DNA of 32,000 nucleotides from Nitrosospira multiformis ATCC 25196 (GCF_000196355.1 NC_007614.1:2070001-2102000), one strand, 5' to 3'; counted from the stretch's first letter, positions 1 to 11,330 are shown. Made by a program: numbers and translations. Notes: a model not told the origin generated them from the sequence alone.

Positions 1-685
1 CCATGAGGGGAAAAAGTTCGTGACGCAGAAAATTCCGGCCGAAAGATATCTCGTCGTTGCTTTCATCGGTAATCCACCGCAAGGCATGCTTTCTCGCATA
101 GTCTTCGATCTCCCGTCGCGAAACGTCGAGCAGAGGCCGAAGCAGCCTCGGTCTGCCCTCAAGTGCAGGGACGGAGTTCACCGGGACTGTCTCACCCATT
201 TCTTTTCGCACGGTCCTCACGACCGGCATCGCGCTCAGCCCCTTTACCCCCGCACCACGCAGCAATTGCAGCAGCAGCGTTTCCGCCTGGTCATCCAGAT
301 GCTGGGCCAGCACGATATAATCCGTTTGAAGACCCCTAAAGATGCGATAGCGCTCTTCACGTGCCGCGGCTTCCAGGCTGATACCGGGTCCTTGGGCAAC
401 TTTTACCCTGGCAATTTCAAGAGGAATGTTTCGGAACTGGCACAGATTCCGGCAGAATTCACTCCATTTATCTGCATTGGGGCTGATACCGTGGTTGACA
501 TGAACGGCCGAGAGCGGGAGTTGCATTTGCGAGGCAAGCGGGACAAGCAGATCCAGCAACACCACCGAATCCACTCCCCCGCTCAAAGCGATGGTCAGGT
601 GATCGCCAGCTGGGACCTGGGTACGCAATACATGCTGCGCCCTGCGCGAGATATTATCTGACTTTGACTTCCTTGAACTGGCCAT
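1..685 (-). CDS. tilS: tRNA(Ile)-lysidine synthase, C-terminal part cut by window edge
   Basis: Reverse-strand reading from ATG at 685..683 gives [47 protein letters not shown]..., with the PP-loop SGGVDS motif. The start overlaps the accA 3' end. It is missing from the ORF track because it is open at the window edge. Confidence 0.93.
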   Translation of the reverse strand, partial: MASSRKSKSDNISRRAQHVLRTQVPAGDHLTIALSGGVDSVVLLDLLVPLASQMQLPLSAVHVNHGISPNADKWSEFCRNLCQFRNIPLEIARVKVAQGPGISLEAAAREERYRIFRGLQTDYIVLAQHLDDQAETLLLQLLRGAGVKGLSAMPVVRTVRKEMGETVPVNSVPALEGRPRLLRPLLDVSRREIEDYARKHALRWITDESNDEISFGRNFLRHELFPLM

Positions 686-1622
686 ATCCCATCAGCCGCT
701 CAAAGCGTTTCTCCAGCAACATGTGGATGGAATATTCCTGCAGGAGCTTGAGCGAGTCCTGCAAGGCTTTCTTTACGGCTTGCATGGTAGCGGGCTGGTC
801 GCGGTGAGCCCCCCCGGAAGGTTCATCGATGATCTTGTCTATCAGACCCAGGGTCTTGAGCCGGTGCGCCGTGATTCCCATGATCTCGGCAGCTTCAGGG
901 GCTTTGTCAGCGCTTTTCCAAAGGATGGAGGCACAGCCCTCGGGCGAAATGACGGAATAGGTTGCATATTGCAGCATCTGGATTGCGTCGCCCACTGCCA
1001 CCGCCAGCGCGCCACCTGACCCACCCTCCCCGATAACGGTGCAGATCACGGGCACTTTCAACTCCGCCATTACATACAGATTGTGTCCAATCGCCTCTGA
1101 TTGACCGCGTTCTTCCGCCCCGATGCCCGGATATGCGCCTGGCGTATCGATGAACGTGAACAGCGGGATGGCGAATTTTTCTGCCAGACGCATCAGCCGC
1201 AGCGCCTTGCGATACCCTTCGGGCTTGGGCATGCCAAAATTGCGATGAATTTTTTCCTTGGTGTCGCGCCCCTTCTGGTGGCCGATAACCATGACTGTCT
1301 GGCCGTCAAAACGCGCCAACCCGCCTATTATGGCGTAGTCATCGGCAAAGCCGCGATCGCCGTGGAGTTCTTCGAAATCCGTGAAAAGATTCTGAATGTA
1401 GTCGAGTGTATAGGGGCGCTGCGGATGGCGCGCGACTTGTGAAATCTGCCAGGGCGTGAGCTTCCCGTATATGCTGTTGGTGAGGGACTGGCTTTTCTTT
1501 TGCAGACGCAGGATTTCGGCTGAAATATCGACCGCTGAATCATCCTGGGCAAAGCGCAATTCTTCTATTTTTGCTTCAAGCTCAGCAATCGGCTGCTCGA
1601 AATCCAGAAATGTAATCTTCAT
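654..1622 (-). CDS. accA: Acetyl-CoA carboxylase carboxyltransferase subunit alpha
   Basis: [23 protein letters not shown]...[25 protein letters not shown]...[22 protein letters not shown]...[15 protein letters not shown]. The start was chosen at the conserved [12 protein letters not shown] rather than the upstream extension to 1703. Confidence 0.97.
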   Translation of the reverse strand: MKITFLDFEQPIAELEAKIEELRFAQDDSAVDISAEILRLQKKSQSLTNSIYGKLTPWQISQVARHPQRPYTLDYIQNLFTDFEELHGDRGFADDYAIIGGLARFDGQTVMVIGHQKGRDTKEKIHRNFGMPKPEGYRKALRLMRLAEKFAIPLFTFIDTPGAYPGIGAEERGQSEAIGHNLYVMAELKVPVICTVIGEGGSGGALAVAVGDAIQMLQYATYSVISPEGCASILWKSADKAPEAAEIMGITAHRLKTLGLIDKIIDEPSGGAHRDQPATMQAVKKALQDSLKLLQEYSIHMLLEKRFERLMGYGQFKEVKVR

Positions 1623-1826
1623 AAAACACCGGTTTAAGCCGAAACGGTAATGATACAGGATCAGGCGAAAACCGAGGAATCTCTCAGTAAGCCGGATGTC
1701 CAAGAGTCCTATTTACCTGTCCCTGTTTGGCCCTGGGCAGGAGGATCATAATTCCGTTTCTGATCAGGAAACGTATAATGGAAGGTTTTTTCCAATCCCT
1801 TCCGGGAACAGAGAGAGGGAAAGACA

Positions 1827-3500
1827 TTGATTACAACAGCCAATATCACCATGCAGTTTGGGGCAAAACCCCTGTTCGAAAATGTTTCGGTCAAATTCGG
1901 CGATGGCAATCGTTACGGATTGATCGGCGCCAACGGGTGTGGGAAATCGACCTTCATGAAAATCCTCGGCGGCGATCTGGAGCCTACTTCCGGCAATATC
2001 AGTGTCGATGCGGGTGAGCGCGTGGGAAAATTGCGCCAGGACCAGTTCGCTTTCGAAAATTGTCTCGTAATCGATACGGTGATGATGGGGCATGAAGAAC
2101 TATGGCGCGTAAAGGAAGAACGCGACGCAATTTATGCCAACCCCGATGCGACGGAAGATGACTACATGCGCGCCGCGGAACTGGAAGCAAGATTCGCTGA
2201 ACTGGATGGCTATTCCGCTGAAGCGCGCGCGGGAGAACTGCTACTCGGCGTGGGCATACCCCTGCCGCAACATCAGGGGTTGATGAGCGCTGTGGCGCCG
2301 GGCTTCAAATTGCGCATACTGCTTGCCCAGGCATTGTTTGCCGATCCGGATATTCTGCTCCTGGACGAGCCCACCAATAACCTCGATATCAACACCATCC
2401 GCTGGCTGGAAGACGTCATCAACGCCAGCAGAAGCACGATTGTCATCATTTCGCATGACCGGCATTTCCTGAACAGCGTATGTACTCATATGGCTGACCT
2501 GGATTATGGCGAAATACGTATCTATCCGGGAAATTACGATGACTACATGCTCGCCTCTACCCAGGTGCGGGAGCGCATGCTGGCCGACAACGCGAAGAAA
2601 AAAGCCCAGATTGCTGAATTGCAGTCATTCGTGAGCCGCTTTTCCGCCAATGCCTCCAAGGCACGGCAAGCAACCAGCCGTGCCCGTCAGATCGAAAAAA
2701 TAAAACTGGAAGACGTGAAACCTTCAAGCCGGCAGTATCCATACATACGGCTGGACATGGACGAGCGCGAGAAGCTGCACCGTCTGGCGGTATCGGTACA
2801 AAGCATCACCAAAGGTTTTGACGGAATGCAGAAACCGCTGTTCTACAAATTCAGCATGAATGTGGAAGCAGGCGAAAAAATTGCGATTATCGGTCCGAAC
2901 GGCATTGGCAAGACCACCTTGCTGCGCTGTCTTGCCGGCGATCTGTCGCCTGACGCGGGAGAAGTCAAATGGGCGGAGAAAGCCCGTCCTGGCTATTTTG
3001 CGCAGGATCATGCCGCAGACTTCGGCAATGATATATCACTTACCGAATGGATGACGCAATGGCGCCGCGAACACGATGATGACCAGGCTGTTCGGAGTGT
3101 GCTTGGAAGGTTGCTGTTTTCCGGCGACGAAGTCAGAAAATCGGTTAATGTCATTTCGGGGGGAGAGGAAGGACGTATGCTGTTTGGCAAGCTCATGCTG
3201 CAAAGAAACAATGTATTGCTGATGGACGAACCCACCAACCATCTCGACATGGAATCCATCGAATCGCTTAATGCAGCACTGGAAAAATATACAGGCACGC
3301 TGATTTTCGTTTCCCATGACCGCGAATTTGTATCTTCTCTCGCAACACGCATCGTTGAAATGAAACCAGAGAGAATCGTCGACTTCAAGGGGAACTACGA
3401 GGACTATTTGCGGAGCCAGGGAATTTTTTCGGATGGCGTGAATGCGCGCGGAAATAGTTCTACCGCGGCCAAGGAAAAAGCGCGCACCTCATCCAGATGA
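1827..3500 (+). CDS. ybiT: ABC-F family ATP-binding protein (YbiT-type)
   Basis: 557 aa with two ABC domains (GANGCGKST; GPNGIGKTT), [28 protein letters not shown], and near end-to-end resemblance to E. coli YbiT ([29 protein letters not shown]). The start codon in the track is TTG. Confidence 0.93.
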   Translation: MITTANITMQFGAKPLFENVSVKFGDGNRYGLIGANGCGKSTFMKILGGDLEPTSGNISVDAGERVGKLRQDQFAFENCLVIDTVMMGHEELWRVKEERDAIYANPDATEDDYMRAAELEARFAELDGYSAEARAGELLLGVGIPLPQHQGLMSAVAPGFKLRILLAQALFADPDILLLDEPTNNLDINTIRWLEDVINASRSTIVIISHDRHFLNSVCTHMADLDYGEIRIYPGNYDDYMLASTQVRERMLADNAKKKAQIAELQSFVSRFSANASKARQATSRARQIEKIKLEDVKPSSRQYPYIRLDMDEREKLHRLAVSVQSITKGFDGMQKPLFYKFSMNVEAGEKIAIIGPNGIGKTTLLRCLAGDLSPDAGEVKWAEKARPGYFAQDHAADFGNDISLTEWMTQWRREHDDDQAVRSVLGRLLFSGDEVRKSVNVISGGEEGRMLFGKLMLQRNNVLLMDEPTNHLDMESIESLNAALEKYTGTLIFVSHDREFVSSLATRIVEMKPERIVDFKGNYEDYLRSQGIFSDGVNARGNSSTAAKEKARTSSR

Positions 3501-3560
3501 CAGGATGGGTTCTTCTTTCTGATGCTTACCGGAGAGACTGCGCAAGACTCGAAATAAGAC

Positions 3561-4178
3561 TCAACGAGAAGCAGCGAGGGCGGTACGGTAACGCTTCCAG
3601 TCGAAACAGGGGCCCGGGTCGGTCTTGCGACCCGGGGCAATGTCGGAATGCCCTGCAATATGCTCGATGGGATAAGCCTTTTGCAGTTCCAGCGTGAGCC
3701 CGACCAGCATTCTGTATTGAGAATCGGTGAAAGGCTGCGAGTCGCTGCCTTCGAGCTCGATACCGATGGAAAAGTCATTGCACCGGCTCCTGCCCTGCCA
3801 GCAGGACTCCCCTGCATGCCAGGCGCGTTTTTCGCACGGGACGAATTGAATGACCTCTCCTGTCCGGGGAATATAAAAGTGACTGGAAACCCTGAGGCCG
3901 TGAATGGTGCGGTAGTAGGGGTGGGCTTCCGGATCGAGCTCGTTGGTGAATAACTCGGCTACACCGTTTCCGCCAAACTGATCGGGAGGAAGGCTGATGT
4001 TGTGAATCACGAGCAGTGAAATCGCACATCCCCCCGGCCGTTCGTCGAAATTGGGCGAAGCGATGAAGCGGATGCCCCTCGCACATCCCGTGGCATCGAT
4101 CTGCATGAGGCAGTCATCCTGTCGGACGCCGCCCGCGTCATTCTGCCGGCTGTAACCCATTTGCACCGGCGGGTTCAC
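3561..4178 (-). CDS. ampD: 1,6-anhydro-N-acetylmuramyl-L-alanine amidase
   Basis: 205 aa: SPNFDERPGG...LLVIHNISLPP..FGG..V..LF.N.LD...HPYY..I.GLRVSSHFYI.RTGE..QFVPC.KRAWHAGES.W.GR..CNDFSIGIELEG...IAGHSDIAPGRKTDPGPCFDW. Confidence 0.96.
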   Translation of the reverse strand: MNPPVQMGYSRQNDAGGVRQDDCLMQIDATGCARGIRFIASPNFDERPGGCAISLLVIHNISLPPDQFGGNGVAELFTNELDPEAHPYYRTIHGLRVSSHFYIPRTGEVIQFVPCEKRAWHAGESCWQGRSRCNDFSIGIELEGSDSQPFTDSQYRMLVGLTLELQKAYPIEHIAGHSDIAPGRKTDPGPCFDWKRYRTALAASR

Positions 4179-4417
4179 GATTCAGATTGCAGGTGCAGTC
4201 GCCGATGCTCATCGCTGCAGAAAAACCTGCCTTCCGAAGTGATACTTTCGCTTCTGGGTAAATGGACGCCGCAGTAGACACATCGGACCATATCCTCACC
4301 TTCGAGAAATTGAGGCTGCTTATGCATCTCCTCACGTTTTTTGAGGGCGCGACGATAGCTCCTTATGACCCAGAAAAAAAGAAGGGCAATAAGGGCGAAG
4401 AACAGGATTCTACCCAA
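4175..4417 (-). CDS. Small membrane protein of the PP0621 type with C-terminal Cys motif
   Basis: 80 aa: N-terminal hydrophobic helix then MVRCVYCGVHLPRSESI...GRFFCSDEHRRLH. Four-base overlap with ampD. Confidence 0.8.
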   Translation of the reverse strand: MGRILFFALIALLFFWVIRSYRRALKKREEMHKQPQFLEGEDMVRCVYCGVHLPRSESITSEGRFFCSDEHRRLHLQSES

Positions 4418-4754
4418 GGGGGAATCTCCGTTGCGGTATCGAAACCGGCGGCAAGCAGTTAAATGACATGTACGGCATTCTACCGCTTATGCAATAGTGT
4501 GCAAGCTTGAGGGGGAATAAAAATCCGCCGCTCCCCACCTTCCCCCTGGCCCCTTCCCCATTTGTGGAAAAGGGGAACAAATACTCGATTGACCTATTTC
4601 TTCTCTCTTGATTCTCTCTCTGCACTTGCAGACGTGTGGGAGGGGGCCAAATCTGACTCGCTTGCATACGGTCAGGAATGAATGACGCAGATATTCTGCA
4701 TATGACAGCGTTTCCGGATAGAAACAGTCGAAAACACCAATGTGAACAAACCGA

Positions 4755-4832
<78 letters not shown>

Positions 4833-4993
4833 AAAAACCGATTTTGAGACTTGCGGTGCCTGGAGCAATTCATGTCAGGCACGTGGGCTGCAATTGTACG
4901 CAGGAAGGGGTTTTGGAGCAATCCAAATTAGCGCGGTGACTGCGTCACCGCGCCCCTGCGCTAAAGCAGGTGAATCAGGTCCAGATAAAACCA

Positions 4994-5962
4994 TTAATGA
5001 TTTCTCGCCACCGCAAAGGTGCTCAGATCCAGCAGGCATTGCTTATAGTCTGAATCCGGCAGTGAGGAAATCATGTTGGACGCGGTCTCGGATTCGGCCT
5101 GCGCGCGTTGTCTGGCATAATCCAATGCGCCGGTCTGCTGGATAACTTCCAGCACGGGCTGAAATCCCCCCTCGCCTCCCCGCTCGATGGCGCTGCGGAT
5201 GATCTGCGCCTGGGCGCCCGATCCTGTTTTCATGGCATAGATCAACGGCAGAGTGGGTTTGCCTTCTGCCAGATCGTCGCCCAGATTCTTGCCGGTTTCC
5301 TGATAATCCCCGGAATAATCCAGCATGTCATCGGTAAGTTGGAAGGCGGTGCCGAGATGCATGCCATACACGGCCATCGCTTCTTCCTCCGCTGGGGAGG
5401 CATTACCGAGGATCGCGCCGAGCCGCGTTGCGGCTTCGAACAGCTTCGCGGTCTTATAGCGGATCACACGCAGGTAATTTTCCTCATCGACGTCCGGATC
5501 ACGGACATTGAGCAGTTGCAACACTTCGCCTTCGGCAATCGTGTTGGTCGCATCGGCCAACACCCGCATGACCCGCATATTGTCCACTTCGACCATCATC
5601 TGGAATGCCCGGGAATATAGAAAATCCCCGACCAATACGCTGGCGGCGTTTCCAAACAGGGCATTTGCAGTCGCCTTGCTTCGCCTCAGTTCGGAAGCGT
5701 CCACAACGTCGTCATGCAGAAGGGTTGCCGTATGGATGAATTCCACGATGGCAGCAAGATTGTAATGGTATTGTCCGGTATAGCCGAATGCGCCAGCGGA
5801 CAGGATTACCAAAGCGGGCCGCAGACGCTTCCCGCCGCTGTTGATGATATATTCGCTTACCTGCCGGATGAGGACGACCTCCGAATGGAGTTTTTCACGA
5901 ATTACGGTATCCACCCTGCCCATATCGGGGGCAATCAGGCTTCTGATACGTTCAATTGACAC
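4994..5962 (-). CDS. ispB: Polyprenyl (octaprenyl) diphosphate synthase
   Basis: GGKRLRPALVILSAG, LLHDDVVDASELRRSKATAN (DDxxD region), GTAFQLTDDMLDYSG, NLGDDLAEGKPTLPLIYAM. A GTG start at 5962 (VSIERIRSLIAPDMGRVDTVI) is preferred over the track start at 6064. Confidence 0.93.
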   Translation of the reverse strand: MSIERIRSLIAPDMGRVDTVIREKLHSEVVLIRQVSEYIINSGGKRLRPALVILSAGAFGYTGQYHYNLAAIVEFIHTATLLHDDVVDASELRRSKATANALFGNAASVLVGDFLYSRAFQMMVEVDNMRVMRVLADATNTIAEGEVLQLLNVRDPDVDEENYLRVIRYKTAKLFEAATRLGAILGNASPAEEEAMAVYGMHLGTAFQLTDDMLDYSGDYQETGKNLGDDLAEGKPTLPLIYAMKTGSGAQAQIIRSAIERGGEGGFQPVLEVIQQTGALDYARQRAQAESETASNMISSLPDSDYKQCLLDLSTFAVARNH

Positions 5963-6070
5963 GGAGGTTCCTGCAAAAAAGATGCCATGGTAGAAATGTC
6001 GCCGCCAACGTGTCAAGTTCGAAAACAGGCAAAACTCGGATCGGGACACAAAACTCATCCGCAACAGACC

Positions 6071-6099
6071 TTTACCTTAAGTGGGTGACTCTGTATAAT
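6071..6099 (+). promoter_or_regulatory. Putative sigma70-type promoter for rplU-rpmA-obgE
   Basis: TTTACC (6071-6076), 17-bp spacer, perfect TATAAT (6094-6099), located about 55 bp upstream of rplU. Confidence 0.65.
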
Positions 6100-6154
6100 C
6101 CGCGTCTACTTCTTTTCATGGCTCCTTGGCGGGCGCAATAAACAGGATTTCATC

Positions 6155-6466
6155 ATGTACGCAGTCATAAAAACCGGCGGGAAGCAGTACCGGGTCGAAA
6201 ACGGGTTAAAACTCAAAATAGAACAGGTACCAGTAGAAATCGGAAGTGAACTTCTGATCGACCAGGTATTGATGGTTGCTGACGGCGACAATATCTCGCT
6301 GGGGAAACCCTTGGTAAGCGGCGCTTCTGTCAAAGCAACAGTGCTGGAACAAGGCAGGCATGACAAAGTCCGTATTTTCAAGATGCGCCGGCGCAAACAC
6401 TATCGGAAGCAGCAGGGGCATCGGCAGAACTACACCGAAATTCAGATTACCGGTATTTCGGTATAA
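6155..6466 (+). CDS. rplU: 50S ribosomal protein L21
   Basis: 103 aa [28 protein letters not shown]...[26 protein letters not shown]. Confidence 0.98.
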   Translation: MYAVIKTGGKQYRVENGLKLKIEQVPVEIGSELLIDQVLMVADGDNISLGKPLVSGASVKATVLEQGRHDKVRIFKMRRRKHYRKQQGHRQNYTEIQITGISV

Positions 6467-6478
6467 GGAGAGTTTGGC

Positions 6479-6736
6479 ATGGCACATAAAAAAGCAGGCG
6501 GCAGTTCCCGTAACGGGCGAGACTCCAATTCCAAGCGCCTTGGCGTGAAGCGCTTTGGCGGCGAGCTGATTCCGGCAGGCAGTATCATCATCCGCCAGCG
6601 GGGCACAAGAGTCCATCCGGGCGAGAATGTTGGAATGGGCAAGGATCACACACTGTTCGCGAAGGTGGACGGCAGGGTAAACTTCACGGTCAAAGGGTTG
6701 CCACAGCGCAAGACAGTAAGCATTATCCCGGCTTAA
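6479..6736 (+). CDS. rpmA: 50S ribosomal protein L27
   Basis: 85 aa [61 protein letters not shown]. Confidence 0.98.
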   Translation: MAHKKAGGSSRNGRDSNSKRLGVKRFGGELIPAGSIIIRQRGTRVHPGENVGMGKDHTLFAKVDGRVNFTVKGLPQRKTVSIIPA

Positions 6737-6755
6737 TTTATTTTATTTCCCAGGA

Positions 6756-6785
6756 AAGCCCTATCAGCCCGATAGGGCTTTTTTG
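6756..6785 (+). terminator. Rho-independent-type terminator between rpmA and obgE
   Basis: AAGCCCTATC-AGCCC-GATAGGGCTT perfect 10-bp stem followed by a T-run (6779-6784). Confidence 0.85.
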
Positions 6786-6800
6786 TTTGCATCCCGGTAA

Positions 6801-7874
<1,074 letters not shown>

Positions 7875-8020
7875 TTTCCCACAGGCTCCATTAACAGGAA
7901 CCCTCCATTGCCCCCTTTCATTCCTTTAGTTGTACTACACTTAACCAGATTTCCAGAGAAAGCCCTACTGCGCTTTCCCGGACCGACATTAAATTTAGAA
8001 TATCTTTTGACTGTGGAGGA

Positions 8021-8236
8021 ATGATGACAAAACTTGCCGAGGCGGAACTTGCGGGACTGGATGCCGTTATAGAAGCAAGAAGAATGACATCCGATACGTC
8101 CGACAAATATGAGCAGATCGTGATACCCATTGGTAATGCCGGCACAGCTGTGGCGGGTGATAACGCGGGCTTATCAGGGGGAGAGGGCCTGTCGCTGGGA
8201 GTACTCATGAAGCTTCGCGAGAACGCGCTGAGCTGA
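8021..8236 (+). CDS. Small hypothetical ORF (71 aa), candidate peptide/precursor of the downstream membrane-protein operon
   Basis: MMTKLAEAELAGLDAVIEARRMTSDTSDKYEQIVIPIGNAGTAVAGDNAGLSGGEGLSLGVLMKLRENALS. A GGAGGA Shine-Dalgarno-like sequence lies at 8015-8020, so the second ATG at 8024 is possibly the real start. The stop is 12 bp from the next ORF. No recognised family. Confidence 0.6.
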   Translation: MMTKLAEAELAGLDAVIEARRMTSDTSDKYEQIVIPIGNAGTAVAGDNAGLSGGEGLSLGVLMKLRENALS

Positions 8237-8248
8237 TATGAACTCGCC

Positions 8249-8764
8249 ATGTCATTAGTCTCTATCCTGCTTTATTCGGTAGTGACTCTTTGGCTGGTAA
8301 TCACATTATTGGCGCAACACCCACGCTTCCAGTCCGTCATCAACCGGTTTAACGGACTTCATATCATTCCGCGCTGGACATTCTTTGCACCTAATCCCGG
8401 CGTCAGGGATTATCACCTGGTTATAAGGGAGCGTTACTGCGACGGGCGATTGACAGACTGGAAAAGCGTGACTGTTTATCCGCCGCGCCCGAAATTGGCT
8501 TACTTGTGGAATCCACAGAAGCGGGCATCGAAGATTCTGACTGATGCCATCCAGGCAATAAAGCTGTTGTTGAAACGCGACGATGTGGGACCCTCGGGAC
8601 TTCCTTTCACTGTCCCCTATCTCCTTCTTTTGCATTATGCAGCCCATGCTGTGCCGGCCGAGCCGGACGCTGCCGAATTTCAATTCGCGATTATCGAGTC
8701 TACAGGGCACCTCGAGCGGGAACTGGAATGCTCATTCCTTTCCAGTTTTCATAGCCGATGGTAA
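8249..8764 (+). CDS. Small membrane-associated protein, SdpA-like placement (171 aa)
   Basis: N-terminal hydrophobic helix then IIPRWTFFAPNPGVRDYHLVIRERYCDGRLTDWKSV. It overlaps the start of the next ORF (ATGGTAA). The family assignment comes from context and the W-FFAPNP motif only. Confidence 0.7.
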   Translation: MSLVSILLYSVVTLWLVITLLAQHPRFQSVINRFNGLHIIPRWTFFAPNPGVRDYHLVIRERYCDGRLTDWKSVTVYPPRPKLAYLWNPQKRASKILTDAIQAIKLLLKRDDVGPSGLPFTVPYLLLLHYAAHAVPAEPDAAEFQFAIIESTGHLERELECSFLSSFHSRW

Positions 8765-9591
8765 CTGAGGGCATGGCAGACATCGCCTTATGCCTTGTCA
8801 TCACCAAGACTCTATTGGCCGCTTGGGCCTTGCTTTCCGCAGCGGAATGGTTTGCCAACCTTCACCTGTTCCGGTCCGATGGCTTGCTCACATGGAATAT
8901 CCTGCGCCTGCGCCCACGTCTTTTAATCCCCGTATCCGTTCGCCATCGTGTGCACGCGGAATCCGCCGTAATTGCTGTCCTGGCATGCCGTATTGCCGCG
9001 GCACTTCTGCTGCTGATCCCCTACCCCAATCCCGCTGATTTGCCGTGCAGCCTGCTCATCCTGCTTTCATGCTTCTACATGTCACGCCGCACGTGGTTCG
9101 GTGGCGATGGGTCGGATCAGATGGGAATGGTCATTGCCGCAGGTGTTGCCATCATTTCCGCCGGCCTTGCGCTGGATGACATGAACCTGGCGGCCTCCGG
9201 TGTTTTTGCAATCAGCGGTCAAGCGGTCCTCGCCTATTTTGTTGCGGGCGCCGCCAAGGTGGTTTCACCGGCCTGGCGAGGCGGAAATGCGTTGCCCGGT
9301 GTGATGAAAACCCGAACATACGGACACTTCCTTGCCGCGAGTTTTGCCGCAGAGCGGCCCGCCTTCTGCAAGTTCGTATGCTGGTTGACTATCGGGACGG
9401 AAATGCTATTTCCACTCGTTCTATTGGCGCCACCCGGCGTGGCGGTTGCAAGTCTTTGCTGCTTCGCCCTTTTTCATTTTTCCAATGCCTACTTCATGGG
9501 ACTGAACGCGTTCGTCTGGCCTTTTCTCGCGACTTATCCGGCTGTCATGCTAGCCAATTCGGCGGCCCGAGACTGGATGGGCTGGATATGA
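8758..9591 (+). CDS. HTTM (horizontally transferred transmembrane) / SdpB-like multi-pass membrane protein
   Basis: 277 aa multi-helix protein: WFANLHLFRSDGLLTWNILRLRPR..., AYFVAGAAKVVSPAWRGGNALPGVMKTRTYG, GTEMLFPLVLLAP, HFSNAYFMGLNAFVWPFLATYPAV. Confidence 0.75.
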   Translation: MVTEGMADIALCLVITKTLLAAWALLSAAEWFANLHLFRSDGLLTWNILRLRPRLLIPVSVRHRVHAESAVIAVLACRIAAALLLLIPYPNPADLPCSLLILLSCFYMSRRTWFGGDGSDQMGMVIAAGVAIISAGLALDDMNLAASGVFAISGQAVLAYFVAGAAKVVSPAWRGGNALPGVMKTRTYGHFLAASFAAERPAFCKFVCWLTIGTEMLFPLVLLAPPGVAVASLCCFALFHFSNAYFMGLNAFVWPFLATYPAVMLANSAARDWMGWI

Positions 9592-9986
9592 CAGCGACTG
9601 CGAGTGATTCAAATCGCCTCTCCATCATTTATGACAGGGAATGCCCTTTTTGTGCGGCGTTTGTGAAGCTTTACGCTTTACGGAAGAATATAGGCGGGAT
9701 AGAACTCATCGACGCCCGGACAAGACCTGATTTGGTCAGGGCGTTGCGGGCCCAAGGCATGGAAATCAATGAAGGCATGGCCGTGATATGGCAGAGGCAT
9801 TATTACCACGGGGCCAATGCAATGCACCTTCTTTCCATACTCGGTGCTGACAGGGGACTTCTTGGGAGGTTGAACAAATTCCTGTTCCGCAACAGAAATG
9901 CCGCTGAGGTGATTTATCCTGTGCTCGCGACCGGCCGCAGAGTGGCCCTATCGTTACTGGGCAGAAAAATGATTCCACACCAATGA
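9588..9986 (+). CDS. DCC family thiol-disulfide oxidoreductase-like protein (DUF393)
   Basis: MTATASDSNRLSIIYDRECPFCAAFVKLYALRKN...IELIDARTRPDL...EINEGMAVIWQRHYYHGANAMHLLSIL. DxxCPFC motif and ATGA overlap with the HTTM gene. The track start at 9378 is too long. Confidence 0.87.
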   Translation: MTATASDSNRLSIIYDRECPFCAAFVKLYALRKNIGGIELIDARTRPDLVRALRAQGMEINEGMAVIWQRHYYHGANAMHLLSILGADRGLLGRLNKFLFRNRNAAEVIYPVLATGRRVALSLLGRKMIPHQ

Positions 9987-10039
9987 CGGTCAAGACCGAT
10001 TTTTCCGAAAAAATCAGAAAGGGGCGGACATGACGCAAA

Positions 10040-11326
10040 TCAGGACAATACAGCTATATCTCTCCTGCTCCCTTCATAAGTTTTCTTTCGCGCCCAGCGC
10101 TTCTTCTGCCAGATGATCACTCCCGTAACTGACAGCATCGCCACCAGCAGGCCCATGAGGGATACGAAAATGCGCCCGGGAAGCCCGACGATACGTCCGG
10201 AATGCAGCGGAAACTGCGCCTGCATGAAAATATCACCCGCACTGCCCTCACCCGGCACATTCGCTCCGACGGATGTTCCATCCTTGCCGTCAAAGAAAAG
10301 CGAGGGGTTCCCCAGCCCCGCATCGCCATGGTCGTTCCCCGGTTCGAAGAAGATGACACCATAAACACCTACCTCGGGATCATAAAATATGCCGCCGGGA
10401 GGCGTGCTCCATTCACGCTTTTCCGCTTCGGTTATCGCATACTGCAGGATGGTGTGGCGATCCACCATCGGCTCGATAGGCTGGTCGGGAGGATTGGGAG
10501 TACGTGTAAAGGGGCTGGGCGACAGCGTCGAAAACAGCGACACCAGCGGCCGCATGACCTGCTGGTTGAGATTCATCGACACGGCGGTCACCGCCAGAAC
10601 CAGCAGGAATCCCCATACCCACACCCCACCGGATCGATGCAGATCGAAGTTCAGCCTTGCTCCTCCCTGCCGCCAGCGGAATACAAAGGATTTGGTCCAT
10701 GCACTCGCCTTGGGAAATGAAATCCACAGAGCAATGAAGCAATCGAGTGCCCAGATAATCGCGAGAGTCCCCATGAACAGGATTCCCAGCTCGATTCCAA
10801 ACCCATCCGGAATATGCATGCTGTAATGCAGCTTATACAGAAACGGCAACAGGTTCTCACGGCTGAGCGAAATTTCACCCCACATGCGCTTGCCACGCAC
10901 TTCCCCGTCAACCGGATCGAGGGCTATCTGGTTGAAATCCAGATTGAAGGCCATGCCTGTTGCCGGGTCGAGACGGGACTTCACCGCCAGCCCAAGGTTA
11001 TGGCCCGGCTCGACGGAGAGTGGAAGCCAGGTCACCATTAACCGGGGGTCCGCCGCTTCCAGCCGGTCGGCCAGCAGCAGTGGAGGCTGCGGCATGCCGC
11101 CAGTATTCCTGGCCTGGAAGAGCCGGGGGTTCAGCCACTCATCCAGCTCATGATCCCAGGAGATGACCGCGCCGGTAAGGCCGGATACGAAAAGAAACGC
11201 GGCCAATAGAAGACCTGCCCAGCGGTGCGCCAGTACTAGAAAGTTGCGCCCGACCGAAAGTTTCTCCACGCGCCGGGTATCCTGTGCCCTGGCTACGCCC
11301 GGCGGCACCGTGATCACTCGTTTCAT
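10040..11326 (-). CDS. PepSY-associated TM-helix protein (PiuB/FoxB-like, probable ferric-siderophore reduction or utilisation)
   Basis: 428 aa: LAHRWAGLLLAAFLFVSGLTGAVISWDHELDEWLNP..., FLYKLHYSMHIP..FGIELGILFMGTLAIIWALDCFIALWISFP, NLDFNQIALDPVDG, HSGRIVGLPGRIFVSLMGLLVAMLSVTGVIIWQKK. Confidence 0.85.
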   Translation of the reverse strand: MKRVITVPPGVARAQDTRRVEKLSVGRNFLVLAHRWAGLLLAAFLFVSGLTGAVISWDHELDEWLNPRLFQARNTGGMPQPPLLLADRLEAADPRLMVTWLPLSVEPGHNLGLAVKSRLDPATGMAFNLDFNQIALDPVDGEVRGKRMWGEISLSRENLLPFLYKLHYSMHIPDGFGIELGILFMGTLAIIWALDCFIALWISFPKASAWTKSFVFRWRQGGARLNFDLHRSGGVWVWGFLLVLAVTAVSMNLNQQVMRPLVSLFSTLSPSPFTRTPNPPDQPIEPMVDRHTILQYAITEAEKREWSTPPGGIFYDPEVGVYGVIFFEPGNDHGDAGLGNPSLFFDGKDGTSVGANVPGEGSAGDIFMQAQFPLHSGRIVGLPGRIFVSLMGLLVAMLSVTGVIIWQKKRWARKKTYEGSRRDIAVLS

Positions 11327-11330
11327 TGCT

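Noticed and set aside
20-661. 213-aa + strand ORF in the track
   Set aside because: Antisense shadow of tilS; composition is not protein-like and the minus strand carries SGGVDS.
1623-1703. 27-aa N-terminal extension of AccA in the track
   Set aside because: The conserved AccA N-terminus begins at [12 protein letters not shown]; the extension [27 protein letters not shown] has no support.
4510-4590. C/G-rich stretch with CCCCTTCC...GGAAAAGGGG inverted repeat
   Set aside because: The stem is imperfect with no T-run and no second copy seen in the window; it could be a REP-like element, but support is too weak.
7958-7977. GAAAGC-N8-GCTTTC hairpin upstream of the small ORF at 8021
   Set aside because: Only a 6-bp stem and no T-tract; not enough to call a terminator or riboregulator.
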